From NCBI RefSeq assembly GCF_009914755.1, contig NC_060945.1: 64,000 nucleotides of DNA, one strand, 5' to 3'. Positions 1 through 15,220 of this stretch are shown piece after piece. Positions within the stretch are counted from its first letter, which is position 1; each line of letters opens with the position of its first letter. The DNA is from the human T2T-CHM13v2.0 reference genome, Homo sapiens. The position numbers and the translations under genes were made by a program. Below the pieces are notes generated by a model, which saw nothing but the letters and a program-made list of their open reading frames with translations, searched no databases and was not told the DNA's origin.

Positions 1-795
1 TCAAAGGTGAAGGTGATTTAAATTAGGATTTGGGCATGGCTGTTCTTCTCCACCCCAGTGTATATAAACATTCTCATATGGGTTGCCATGTCTCCAGGAG
101 TGATACCTTCATCTGGACAGGCCATTAGAAATTAAAACATATTTACACATATACACATGCACATCTTAGAATAAGAAAAATTATAAACCAGCTTATTTTT
201 ATTTGTCTTGCCAAATATAAACTTTAGAGACAAAATTTTAAATAAAGCAGCAACTATGAAAATAAATAATGAGATTCCTGTGTACAGAATTACGTAGTTG
301 GGGTTTACATATTTGAAATCAAGCTCCAAGTAGAAACGAATCAGTTTTCTCTTTCTTTTCTCTTACTTTTTAAGAAGCTATCACAAGAATTTTATTTACA
401 GGAATTTAAGGTGGAAACATATACCTTTTGGGGAGTAAATCATTACTAAAAACATAATTAATGTGGTCATTTTGAACAATATTATCAAATAGTTACCTCA
501 ATGAATCATAAAAATCATCAAATATGTACATGATTTGAAAAATCTTGAAAACTAAGAAAGTTGAAATATGCAAAAAGTAAATTTCATAGTCTACCTTTAT
601 AGATAAAACATCAATAGCTAATATTAAACTATAAGCATTATTATTAAAATATAAACATTAATTGAAAATTTAAAATTAAATTTAAAAATTAATTAATTTC
701 TTTATATCTTCCTATTTCATACTTAAAAGGTTTCTTATTCTAGCCTACACGGTGTATCACAAACTGCAAATTACAATACTTGATGTTTTAATGCA

Positions 796-1002
796 CTATG
801 TCGGGGGGTGGGGGGCAAGGGGAGAGAGGAAGAGCATTAGGACAAATACCTAATGCATGCGAGGCTTAAAACCTACATGACAGTTTGTTAGGTTCAGCAA
901 ACCACCACGGCACATGTATACCTATGTAACAAACCTGCATGTTCTGCACGCATATCCCAGAACTTAAAGTAAAATTTAAAATAAGAAAATAATAATAATA
1001 AA
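796..1002 (+). mobile_element. L1PA-type LINE-1 3' UTR fragment with A-rich tail
   Basis: G-rich tract followed by gcattaggacaaatacctaatgcatgc...gcaaaccaccacggcacatgtatacctatgtaacaaacctgca...cccagaacttaaagtaaaa, the standard primate L1 3' end. Confidence 0.92.
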
Positions 1003-1935
1003 GAATGTGTTATTTAAATGTAATCTTTAGCATTTCAGTTTTGTTTACTGGAGTAATAATCTCAATATTATTTTTAAATATAGAGAATTCAAAATTATTT
1101 AACATAAAGTATACTTCATTTTATTTGTAAAGTTTTACCCATCATTTTTAAAATGAATGATTTAGGCAGAGCATTACGGCGTTTGAGAAAAACTGGCCTT
1201 CATTGTAAGTTGACTGTAGGATTTATTGATACAAGCAAAAGATGCATAAAAAAGAAAACTTTTTCATAATTTTGTTTTTCAAAAACTTATATATGCATAT
1301 GTGTATGTGTGTATGTATGTGTGTATATTTAAATATGTATCATGTACTTTAGAGAGATTTTTACATCTAGTATGGCTCTTAGGATAAAGGCCATGATTCC
1401 CATAGTATAAGTTTTCTCGATTAAAAAACTAGCTTTGTGTGGTGGTGGGTGAGATGTTATATTGTTTACTTCTTCAAACTCTGTTGGCCTGCCTTAAACT
1501 TATTTTGGTTTATTATTGTTTGTATTTTTAATTGTATGCTTAGAGGGATCCTTTATCTTTCCAATCAGCCTTGTCCACGTCTGAATCCCATCTCCTTTCA
1601 CCTTGAGAATTTTTATTCTCAAGAGGTCAATTTTTTTTTCTGTCTTCTTACTCTCATTTCCCACTAGAGGAGGCTTATCTAATTATAAACAATAAAGAAA
1701 TGATTTTGAAATTATCTTTTTACTTATACACCCAAACAGGTATCTGTAGATTCTTTCTTATCTTTTGCTTACCCATTTCTGAAATGTTCCTATACCTAAA
1801 GCCAGATGCTTTTTTTTTTTTTTTAATCTGCTGCAGTCTTTTTGGACAACTTAGTCCTCTTCCAGTCGCTTCACCTCTCACTCATAACTTGCTGACTCCA
1901 GAATCTATAACTCTTTAATTATCTTCTGAGGTCCT

Positions 1936-1938
<3 letters not shown>

Positions 1939-1977
<39 letters not shown>

Positions 1978-1988
1978 TATATATATAC
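1939..1988. repeat. (AT)n microsatellite
   Basis: Direct AT run at 1939-1966 with a degenerate extension. Confidence 0.9.
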
Positions 1989-2530
1989 ACAATGTTTTAT
2001 TGAAACTTCCCAATTATTGCATGTCAGGTATTCTCATTTCACAGACCAGCAAACAGATACTTACAGAAGTTAAGTATTACAGCAGGTTTACTCAATTAGC
2101 ACATGTCCAAGCTAGTATTTAATCCAAAACTTTTGATTTTTTTTCTATTATACACGCTTTCTTTCCATTTTCTTGAATTCCAGTTTTGTCTACCAGGGTA
2201 AAGTAGGTGATTGTTAAAGAAGGGAGGCTTTAGAATTTCTATCTTTTTTATTTTTTATTTTTTTGGAACCCACTTGCATGAATTTTTCAGATTCCGGAAA
2301 TAATGCTTTGCAATGAATGAGGTAGTACTTTTAATTCTATATATTTTTGCCATAATGTCTATGCACCCAGACTGTGAAATAAATTGCACTGACCTGTGTC
2401 TTTAATGCCTGTCACTTAAAATTTTTCCAAACCACCTTAAATGTTGAAGTTCATAAAATTGGTAATGCTCGACGTGGGGGGAAAAAAAACAACAGAAACC
2501 ACTAAGATGTTCTACTTTATGGTCTCTGCA

Positions 2531-2543
2531 TGACATCTAGTGG
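2531..2543 (-). promoter_or_regulatory. CTCF-like motif
   Basis: Minus strand reads CCACTAGATGTCA, close to the CCASYAGRKGGC core. Motif match only. Confidence 0.3.
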
Positions 2544-3264
2544 TTGGAACTGGAAAATTTGAGGAAATTATGATTTGTACCAGGGAAAATACAATCTGTG
2601 TTAGTCTGGAGTCCTCATTCCTAACATCAAAGGAAACATGATGTAGATATCCTTTACTTCCAAAGAGGTTGGCCACCGGAGGGTAGGCCTTTCTTAATCA
2701 TTTCTGTTTCTCAGTCTGTGTATCAGGGAATAACAATTTCTCTCTGTGTTAAGCAATCCGTGCTCACTGGGGCTTGTGAAACATTGGTCTGTAATGAGTA
2801 CCTACTTTTGATGGATATGAGTTGGATAATTATAAGATTCAAAAGTAAATAAACCCTTTGGTTTTCTTTCTTTATATGCAAGTATTAATGATACTAAATC
2901 TATGACCCTATTATTCAAAACTGTATTTAGGAAAACTTTTTGTATACTCCAGTTTTGATTCTTCTAAAGAGGTTATAAAATCAAGTAACTGCTTAGCTTT
3001 GAGTCTTAGGATAATATTGGGTGTAGGTCCTTGATAATCCAAGATTTAGGATCTGCCTACCAGAAATTTTAGTCAGCTTAGATAACTGACAATGGAAAAT
3101 AGTACATGATATGTTCTAAATAAATGACAAGCCAATATCGTAGGGATGCCGCAAAGGATTTGGAGTCCAAGAGGTCAGAGAAGGGATCACGAAGGAGGAT
3201 GGATTTGAACTGAGCTACAGTTGATAGATGGGCAGCTTAAGGTATTGTTAAGCAAACAGGCAAC

Positions 3265-3415
3265 AGAGTGAGATTCCTGGGTGTTGGCTTTCCTTCAGTG
3301 TGACCTTGGACAAACTATCTAATTGCTCCACATTTTACTTTCTGCATTTGCATCACAGTACGTACATACATAGACACATAGCATCTATTTCTTGTGGTGA
3401 AGATTAGTATAATGT
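3265..3415 (+). mobile_element. Degenerate MIR SINE
   Basis: gtgtgaccttggacaaactatctaa...ctttctgcatttg resembles the MIR core (tgtgaccttgggcaagttacttaacctctctg). Confidence 0.5.
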
Positions 3416-4332
3416 CTCGGTTGGCAAATTATCAGTTCTTTTTATTATAAATAAATTAAAAATGCAAATGTTTAGGTCAAGTGTTATTCTCTGAAAATGC
3501 ACAAAGAGAAATGAGCCAAGAGAAAAATAACTAATAACAAATAAATATATTTCTGACACCAAGACAAGTCCAAGAGAATTTAAAAAGTAATTATAAATAT
3601 TTTATGGTAATGTATTTCAAATATACATGCTGCAGATTCCACGATTTATGTCATGGGGATGGATCAGGAGTCCTTGAAACCTGGCACTTATTAATAAATG
3701 TTGTTTCTAATTTTCTATCACTGCAAGGTACTCTTATAGACACCATGTGAACAAATCAAATGTTACATCTCTGGGATTATAGGCTCATAAAAAATCAACA
3801 CCTAGGGCATAACTTGAATCACAGTAACTTCATGCATTTCAAATGGGATAAAGTCAGCCAAGAAGTGTTTAGGTTTGCAGTCGATTGCTCAAGATTATGG
3901 TATCAACCAACTCTGGAATTAACTTCTGGGATGAAGAGTAAGAAGAAAGTAAAATCACTCCACATAGGCTCAAAGGAGACTTTTGTTGAAGTGGATTTCC
4001 CCATGGTCTTTGAAGTGGGTGAGGCCTAGTGCTTGTTAAATCCAGGGGCCTTGTGATGAATGAAGTATAAGAGAGATTGCTGACAGATTTGAAATCCCAC
4101 AGTAGTTGTTTTGTCCTTTGCTTTGAGAAGGTTGGTGATAATTAAACTGCTTTTCCAGCAGAGTCTTTGTTCCTAACCCAAGTATCGTATTTAAAGAAGA
4201 GCCAAGTAGTACAGGCATTTTTTGATGATGACACTAATCTGACTCTGACCTATCTTCTTCCATGTTTATTTCCCAAAACATACACATTGGTAGTTGAAGT
4301 TATTTCCTATGAAGTGACCAAGTGACTTGGGG

Positions 4333-4334
<2 letters not shown>

Positions 4335-4374
<40 letters not shown>
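4335..4374. repeat. (TG)20 microsatellite
   Basis: Perfect TG run. Confidence 0.97.
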
Positions 4375-4375
<1 letters not shown>

Positions 4376-5844
4376 ATATGTTTATGGATGTGCTTCAAGA
4401 AGGCTCAACCTTCACCTTCTCAGGATCATTTAGTTTCAATGTCATCTTTGCCTCTTTGTTATTTATCAGCAGGAGATAGCTGACCAAGCTCAGTGCTGAA
4501 CTCAAGCAACGCTGGCATGTCTACCCTTGATGTTTAACAGACCTGAACTAAACAAAGCATATTCAGTTTGAGTCATTTTAAATATTTGGTCACTTTTTAA
4601 CTCCATGTAAACCTTCTGGTTAAACCTTATTTCAAATAGTAAAAGAATCATAGCTTGAATATAGTGCCTGACTTATGACAGTTTCTCAATAAATAGTTTT
4701 GATTTATAATCCTAAAAGTAGGAGTACATTTGCTGCTGGAGGACAAATAGACTTAAAAATAATATGTAATATAACTTTACATCTGAAATAAATAATAACA
4801 CTATCATAGAGTTTAACTCTTCGTTGCCTGCCTTTTTAGCTTCCTTATCCTTTTAATTTCTGCTTCTTTTTTTGTTTCTTATTTTTCTTGTAAATAGGTA
4901 GGATCAGATATATAAATATCCAGCACGGGCTACGTGCTGGAGATGTAATCAGCATTTTGAGTGTCCTAACTACTCAAAACACGCTTTTAACACATGAGTA
5001 GAATTTGATATTTTAAACAGATTCAGTACTATATTTTCGTATGTTGATAACATGTAAAAAATCTATGTATTGCCAGTTTCTTTTTTTATCTGCTCCCCTT
5101 TTTCTATTGTATTTGTATTGAAATGTTAATTTTAACACATAATATGTATATAAATTTTAGATCCCTAACATTTTTAATAGTATGTACTTTTTGATCATAC
5201 CACAACTAGAGTTTCATAGCAAAGTTCCCTGTTTTATTAAAATCCACCAGGGGATGTTTTCATCTTGTGAAATAACTTAATTGCAATAAACCTGGGCTGA
5301 GCTAGTGCTTATGATTAGCATGTTGGCAATGATCAACTGATTAGGGATATATTGACATGTCAAAAAACGTGATGAGGGAAGAAAGGAAATTGCTGCTTCT
5401 CAGTGTTTGTAAGTGCCAAAACAGATATGTATTTTATATTGTGAGAAAAGGGTTGATGTGAATTTGTCTAAAGAGCAGGATGTGAAAAGTATTGTTTCTA
5501 TAAGAAAAAATCATCCTGGATTCACCAGTATGCAGAGAAAGCAACTTTATTCTTTTTTTCTCTGTCTCACTAAATAAAATCTCTAGCAGAACATACCACT
5601 CCTGATAATTACATGCTCAGCGATTGATGTTTTCACATTTCAAATGGTCCTACTCATTCAGTACCAATACATAGTCCAATCCATCATAAAAAGTCCAAAT
5701 GACAAACATGTATCTGTTTAACGTTTCTTTTCTCCCCTAACTTGGGCTCACTCCAGTGTTAGGAGCCTGTAGTGGAGGGAGAAATGTGATGGCTTTGTTT
5801 CCTTCTCCTTACCTTACTTTCTCTTCTGCTACCTTGCCTAACAG

Positions 5845-5855
5845 ATAGGGCCCAG
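5845..5855 (+). other. Candidate 11-nt microexon (ATAGGGCCCAG), or start of an alternative terminal exon
   Basis: About 60-nt AG-free pyrimidine tract (5782-5842), acceptor ctaacAG, then a CAG|GTAAGC donor 11 nt later, in non-repetitive sequence. Confidence 0.35.
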
Positions 5856-6310
5856 GTAAGCTGATATTTGGAGTAGTGAATACAGGCTTACGCGTATGGT
5901 ACACCAGAGATGGTGTTGGTACTCTCTGGACTTGGTGAATGAATGTTGAAAGTGGAATTGTCTTCCAGTAGGATGATAGTGAAGGTTACTCTTAGACTCT
6001 TTCTGGGGTCCTTTGGCCACTATTTTTTGAAGTGAGCCATTGGACTTCACCTTGTCTCTTGCTCTTGCTGCAGCTGCGTTTTCTCTCTTGATGGTAGTCT
6101 TGATCAAGATCCTTTTACAATAACACAAGCCTAGCATGTTCTTAAATCTAGTCCTTGAGAAATCCATGCTTTTGCTTTGTCATTGTAAAACACATAGATC
6201 GCTGTATCCTTGTTCAGTAAGCTACAACATACTCGTATCTCCTGAAATCCTGGGCTTAAATCGAGGTCTCAAAGGCTTTGTTTTGTTTTGTTGTATGGTT
6301 GTATGGGTGA

Positions 6311-6334
6311 GTGTGTGTGTGTGTGTGTGTGTGT
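6311..6334. repeat. (GT)12 microsatellite
   Basis: Perfect GT run. Confidence 0.95.
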
Positions 6335-8334
6335 TTATTCTCCTGAAATTCTCCTCCTCACTTGACTTAAGCTAAAAGATAAACGTCCTCTTCCTTTCAG
6401 CCACAGATGGTGATGGATAAATTGAATGTCATTCACATTATTCCCTTAAAATAAACTCTCTCCCTCCCCTCTCCCGTCTCATCCTTGTCCCTTTCTTTAT
6501 ATAATGGGTAATGCGTTAATGTCAGCAGAATAGTTTTGGGGCCATAATGGCAAGTATCACGTGGATGGTTTAGCATTGTTTTTAGAATGCTGTGAATTTG
6601 GGTATATGTGAGTTTTGGGGAAAGTTTTGCAACTATATGTTTGTTAATTAAATGAGGACTATAAAGTAATATAAAATTATGTTTCTGGAACATATTTTGG
6701 AAGCTATAAAGTCATCTGTATTTATTATCCACAGACATAATGTCATTGTTCAGGTCCTGCAACCTTCTTATAATCAACATACGTGGGCCCAGGGATTTTA
6801 TGTATCTTCGCCTTCCTAGTTTCCGTGGACAATCATTCCTCATACAAAAAGAAGGAATTACCCATGATTTAAGATCTTTTCAAAGTGATCCCCAATAATG
6901 ACATCTGCATTATTTTAGCTTGGAAATATCAAAGCAACAAAGATACAGACCTCTGCACAGTTGGCTGCATGTTTTGAAAGATAATGTTCCACAGGCTAGT
7001 AATACATCTCTACAGGCTGAATTATGGAGAGGAGGTGAGGAAAATGAAATGAAACCGAGATGATAAGTAGAAAAGTTAAAAAAAAAAAAAAAGTAGTAAA
7101 TTTCATAAGTCAGACGCAAATGCTAAAGAGCTTGAGTTTCTTATAAGAAATAGCACCGGAGCAACAACAGGAGGGAAAATATGTACCTTATGTGCAAAAA
7201 TATCTTCTTCCTGGATTTCAGAAACTAATAAAATTTTAGTAGATTTTAAATGCAAAATCTTATTACCAAGTGTGTTTTCAATAACACCCATTATTATTAA
7301 AATTTTATATAAAAGTGAAAAATGCCAGCTATTGAAATGTAAGCATAATGTTTTTAAATTAAAATCTGTAATTCTTCCACCTAAGGTGCTGTTTTACAAT
7401 GCCTTCTTTTTTCTTTCAAAATCTGTCTCACTCAATAACTGGCTTATTTCTAAGACACTAAACACAATGATAAGGAGAGAATAATTGTTCTATGCCTGAT
7501 TTTCTTTGAAAAGTATGATGAATTTCAACAGTAGCTATTGTAAAATTGACTGATATGTTTGAGGATATTGAAGTATATGTAATACTTTAATATGAATTAT
7601 TTTGACGTGTCACTTACTGGTAGTTATTCAAGCCTGGCATTTTCTGCTCTCAAATAAAATTGAGGCATATGGATTAATTTGAATTGCAGCTAATGTGTAA
7701 TTCGTAAAGAAACTGTTCTGACTCAAAAGCCAATTAATGCATTTGCCTTACATATATAACGAACTATTGAAAGACAAATGCAGCACTCTTCATTACGTTT
7801 TAATAGATTCTAAATTCCCAACATACACTAAGGTTAGAATTTTCTCAAAATAGTGATTCTCAGTATAAATGTTACATATTGTTTCACTGTGCTTTGCATT
7901 AATATTTCTAAATCCTTAAAAGCAAAGGCAAATTAGCAGTAGTATAGGATTTAGGGCCTTAGATATTTAAGTTTTCCCATACTTAGATTGAAAGAAGTAA
8001 TATATTTTTTAACAATGCAAATTATTTTTATCATTTTAGACTATGTCTTAGATTTTTATACATATTAGTATGTCAACATATAATTTAAAAGATATTCTAA
8101 GGTAGGAAAATTGTACAGGCAAGGCTAGAAGAAATGTATAATAGTTAATGTGGTCCCTTAGGGCTAAAAAAATCAAAAAGCCATTGGCACCCATGGGCCT
8201 AAAGGGACAAAGAGAGAGACTGATTAGTAGCACACATAGAAAATAGCCATAGTCAGAGCTGCTTGACAGGGGCTGCAACATTCAGTGGATGAATGTGGAG
8301 AATAAGTGGTAACTCAGCAGAGAGAGCAAGGGGG

Positions 8335-8384
8335 AGAAATGTTCAAACTTATTGTCTATTTGCAGAAGACATTGTCTTATATAT
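8335..8384 (+). mobile_element. Old L1M ORF2 fragment (RT motif C region), 5' part
   Basis: ctatttgcagaagacattgtcttatat encodes LFAEDIVLY, a decayed LFADDMILY. The L1 continues after the THE1 element. Confidence 0.75.
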
Positions 8385-10829
<2,445 letters not shown>

Positions 10830-10834
10830 TATAT

Positions 10835-11470
10835 AGATTATACTAATGGATCTACAAATGTTATTAAAACTAAGAAATTAGTTCAACAAGATTGCAGGAT
10901 ACAAGATCAATATGTCCATGAACTAAGGCATTTGCATTATTAAGAAAATATTAGTATTTAGAATGTATTAGTACTTTCCAATTTTATTTACATATTTGAA
11001 GTAATCCCTGTCAAAACCTCAGATGGTTTCTTTACAGAAATTGACAAGCTAATCCTTAATTTTATATGAAAATTTAAGGGATCCAGAATCGTCAAAATGA
11101 TCTGGAAAAAGAACAAATTTGGTAGAATCACTATTCCTGATTTCAAAACTTACCACAACACTACAATAATTAGACAATGCTATACTTATATAATGGCATA
11201 TATTTGAGAATCCAGATATAAAACTTCACATTTATGGTCAATTAATTTTCAACATAGGTGCTGCAACAATTCAACAGGGGAAAGAATAGTGTTTTCAGTA
11301 AGGCTGGGACAACTGAAAATCCATGTGCAAAAGAACAAAATTGGACAACTGTTTTACACTGTACACAAAAATTAACTCAATATAGATCAGAGACTTAAAT
11401 GTAACAGCTAATCCTATAGCATTACAAGAGGAAATGGGTGCACAATTTTTGTGATCTAGAATTGGGCAGT
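10835..11470 (+). mobile_element. Old L1M ORF2 fragment, 3' part
   Basis: aagattgcaggatacaagatcaatat, gaaattgacaagctaatcctt, cctgatttcaaaacttacc, ggtcaattaattttcaac and ctgggacaactg are all collinear with L1 ORF2. Confidence 0.85.
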
Positions 11471-12269
11471 TGCTGCTATTCTCACCCCAGAATAACTTAA
11501 CACCCACAAATTATTCTAAAATGTGAGTATTTTTAACAACAAAAAGCTCTGCTTTGCTCTATCAACAAATGTCACTTATGTTTGTAATTTGTGACACTTA
11601 TTCATATAATCCAGTAGCTATATATTTTGAACATGTTTAATATTAGTACATTTAGTTATGATAATTCTGAAAACTATTTCAGATATAATAAGGATAGAGG
11701 TATTCATTGCTATTGTGCGGTTGACTTTCTTTTTGTCTTGTTTCAACAACTGCATATGTAAAGCCTTTAAAGAAATTTATTAATGAATGTTGTGAACTTA
11801 GTAAGAAATCAGAAAAGTGAACAAATTATCTATTAAAATGGTCCTGTTATCTAAGTTGGAGTACATTCCTTCATTATGAAGGCTTTTAAGTGCTATCATT
11901 TTAAACTTATTTACATGACCTCTTCTTCCTTTTCGGTGACAGCTAAAATCCACTTAAATTTAATATCCACTTGTGACTCTTTCTGAATCCACTGGAAGAG
12001 CTCCACATCATTTTCTGTACCAGCGAACAAGATGAACAAGCTGCATCTGATCCATGAAACTCAATTTCTGGGGCACATGCCCCCACCCAGCCCATGAGCA
12101 AAGACAGGGTCTTGAAATTGATCAATGACACTGGAAAGAGAAACATTCTCTTTCTCAAATTGGTTATGCTGTTTCTTTTTTCCCCTTCTATCAATGAATT
12201 ATTCATTTTTCAGAGGTCATTTCTGCTAGTTCCATTTCTACACATTTGCATGCACATACACAAATTTAT

Positions 12270-12760
12270 TATATAATTTTCCTCTTAAAGATTACTTAGG
12301 TTCTTGCTGTGTTTTGCTATCAGTGAATAATACTTTGATTCACACACAGAAGTTCATGTTTTCACACATGTTTAAGAATCCTTATAGAATAACATGCTAG
12401 AAGTATAAATTTGGGGGCAAAGAACAAATCTGACATTAATTTTAATGAGTAATGCTAAATTATCCCTTTTCAAGGAGAAGCTTTAACAATCTACAATTCC
12501 ACAATAACTTCAAAGAGTGTGAATTTTTCTATGGCCTAGACAATACTGAGTATTAGGTCTTTCAGTGTTGTCAATCTAATGAATAAAAAAAGTTATAATG
12601 TTGCATTAATTTTCATGAGTGTTTGATTTGGAATATTTTTACATATTTGATAGGTCATTCATTTATTTTCTTCAAACATTTTATCTCTTTTTGTTTTGCG
12701 TTATTTGAGTATTTTTTATATACTGGTGATGTTGATATATTATCTCACATATTTTACAAA
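12270..12760 (-). mobile_element. Highly diverged L1ME-type fragment
   Basis: Antisense L1 3'-ORF2 pattern (ttttgctat...ctagaagt...aatctacaattccaca...aatctaatg...ttgcatt). Confidence 0.5.
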
Positions 12761-12916
12761 GCTTTTAGCTCTGTATGTCTTTCTGACATTTAGTAAGACA
12801 TTAATATATGTATTTATAAAGCTATTTTTCCGGTGTATGTTATGGATTTTACATTGTTCTAAGATTATTTCAGTTTATTATCTTTAATTATCTTGAAGTG
12901 TATTAAAATTTCTTGA

Positions 12917-13396
<480 letters not shown>

Positions 13397-13965
13397 TTTT
13401 CGTATAATAATTATTTAATATACAAATATTGAGTGTTATCTTCAGAGTTAGGTAGGATTATAGTATTTTATAGAAAAATATAAAGGAATGATAGCAGTAT
13501 GCATGTTTTATTATTCATTATAATAAAAATTTTTCTACTATTTTATTATGTATTATTGCAGTAGGGCTCCAATGGTGTGAATCTTTCTCCTTTGCTAAGT
13601 ATAATAAAATGTTTGTTTTTGTCTCTCTTAAGTATGTTTATAGTAGGTTTCTACCTGTGGCTTATAGTAATAGAGTTAAAATTTCTTATTTTTTAGTTTA
13701 AGGGTTTTTTTAATTGGCAATGAATACAACATTTTATCAAATTATTTTGACATTTAATAATATGATTGCCTTATTTTTTCAGTCTTTTCATGCGATGAAT
13801 TATATCAATAGATTTAATAATGTTGAGACATACTTGTATAATGGAAGTTATCTTAGTTGTGATACTCAGTATTATTCTGGTATTTAATTTATATTTGATT
13901 CTGTTTAGTTCAAAACTGTAGTCTGAGATGTTACTTTGCAAGATCAAAAATTAGTATGCGAGAGC

Positions 13966-14025
13966 TATATATGTACATATATACATACATATATATACAT
14001 ATATATATATATATACACACACACA
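13966..14025. repeat. (TA)/(CA) compound microsatellite
   Basis: Imperfect TA run ending in CA repeats. Confidence 0.85.
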
Positions 14026-14995
14026 TAATTACAAGTATTCTGATTGGGGAAACGATTATTTTCTCACAGAGGAACTTGTGCTAGTTCCCCATGATACTAC
14101 AAGATGTCATGCAGCAAGCTTCACACCACAGGAGAGGAGGCTCCAAGTTATGAAAATAGCACCTGTGCAGGAGCTACTAGCAAAACTGCCCATGCTCCCT
14201 GAGAGAGAAAGAAACCTTTGTTCCAGAATCTAAACAAGTTGTTTCTCAGAGTCAAGACATGTGTCACTGCTTTACTACCCTGAAATACAAACAAATGGAT
14301 ACGGGGAGATATATCTCTATATTTCTCTGGAAGCATCTGTCTCTGACTTCCAAGGATTATTTGCTATTCAATCAACTTTTAACTTAGGTGGCAGCACTCT
14401 TTGCTTAGAAAGCTCTGAATATGTAGATGCGAGGAGTTATTCATGGAACATTGCCTCCCAACAGGTCCCAATAATTGTTAAACTGTTGAATCATCATGGC
14501 TTTTTAAAGAAACTGACAAAAGATAGAAAACTTGTCCCAGAAAACAAATCAATTTTCTGAAGGTTTTTAAGCTACTGAAGCTCACTCATAGATTCTTAAG
14601 AATTTCTACATTTGACTGCCAAGCTCTAAAACACAAATGTAGCCGTGCCACCTCCTTCGCACTCCCCATTTTCAAATTATTTTCCATTTTCCCAGGGTCT
14701 AATGAACTATGCACTATGTACTTATTCAGATTACTCAGTCTGGCACACATGGTCACCAACAGCATGGCTCCAATTAAACTTCCAATATGATTTCCCAGTA
14801 GAGCTGTTATTCTAACTATCCTAGTTTACCTCATTCTACTTGCCCGCTTTCATTCATCCTTTCTTCCTTCTTTTTCACTCATACCTATTAAAATTCTTAC
14901 TAACTCACAGGCTAATTCTTACATAAAACCATTTCTAACATCTCCAATTGAAATACTACCCTAATTATTTTTAGTATCTATTAAAATAAGTTTCT

Positions 14996-15220
14996 GGCCT
15001 GCACAATATAGTGAGATCTCATCTCTACAAAAAAAAAAAAAAAAAAATTGTTAAAAATTAGCCAGGCATGCTGGCATACCCATAGTCCCAGTTACTCAGG
15101 AGGCTGAGGTGAGAGGGTTGCTTGAAACTGGGAGATAGAGGTTGCAGTGAGCCAAGGTCACGCAGCTGAACTCCAGCCTGGCCAAAAGAGCAAGATCCTA
15201 GCTCAAACCAAAAAAATAAA
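14996..15220 (+). mobile_element. 5'-truncated AluJ
   Basis: End of left arm, long A linker, then a diverged right arm with J-type gaggtgagagggttgcttga. Confidence 0.88.
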
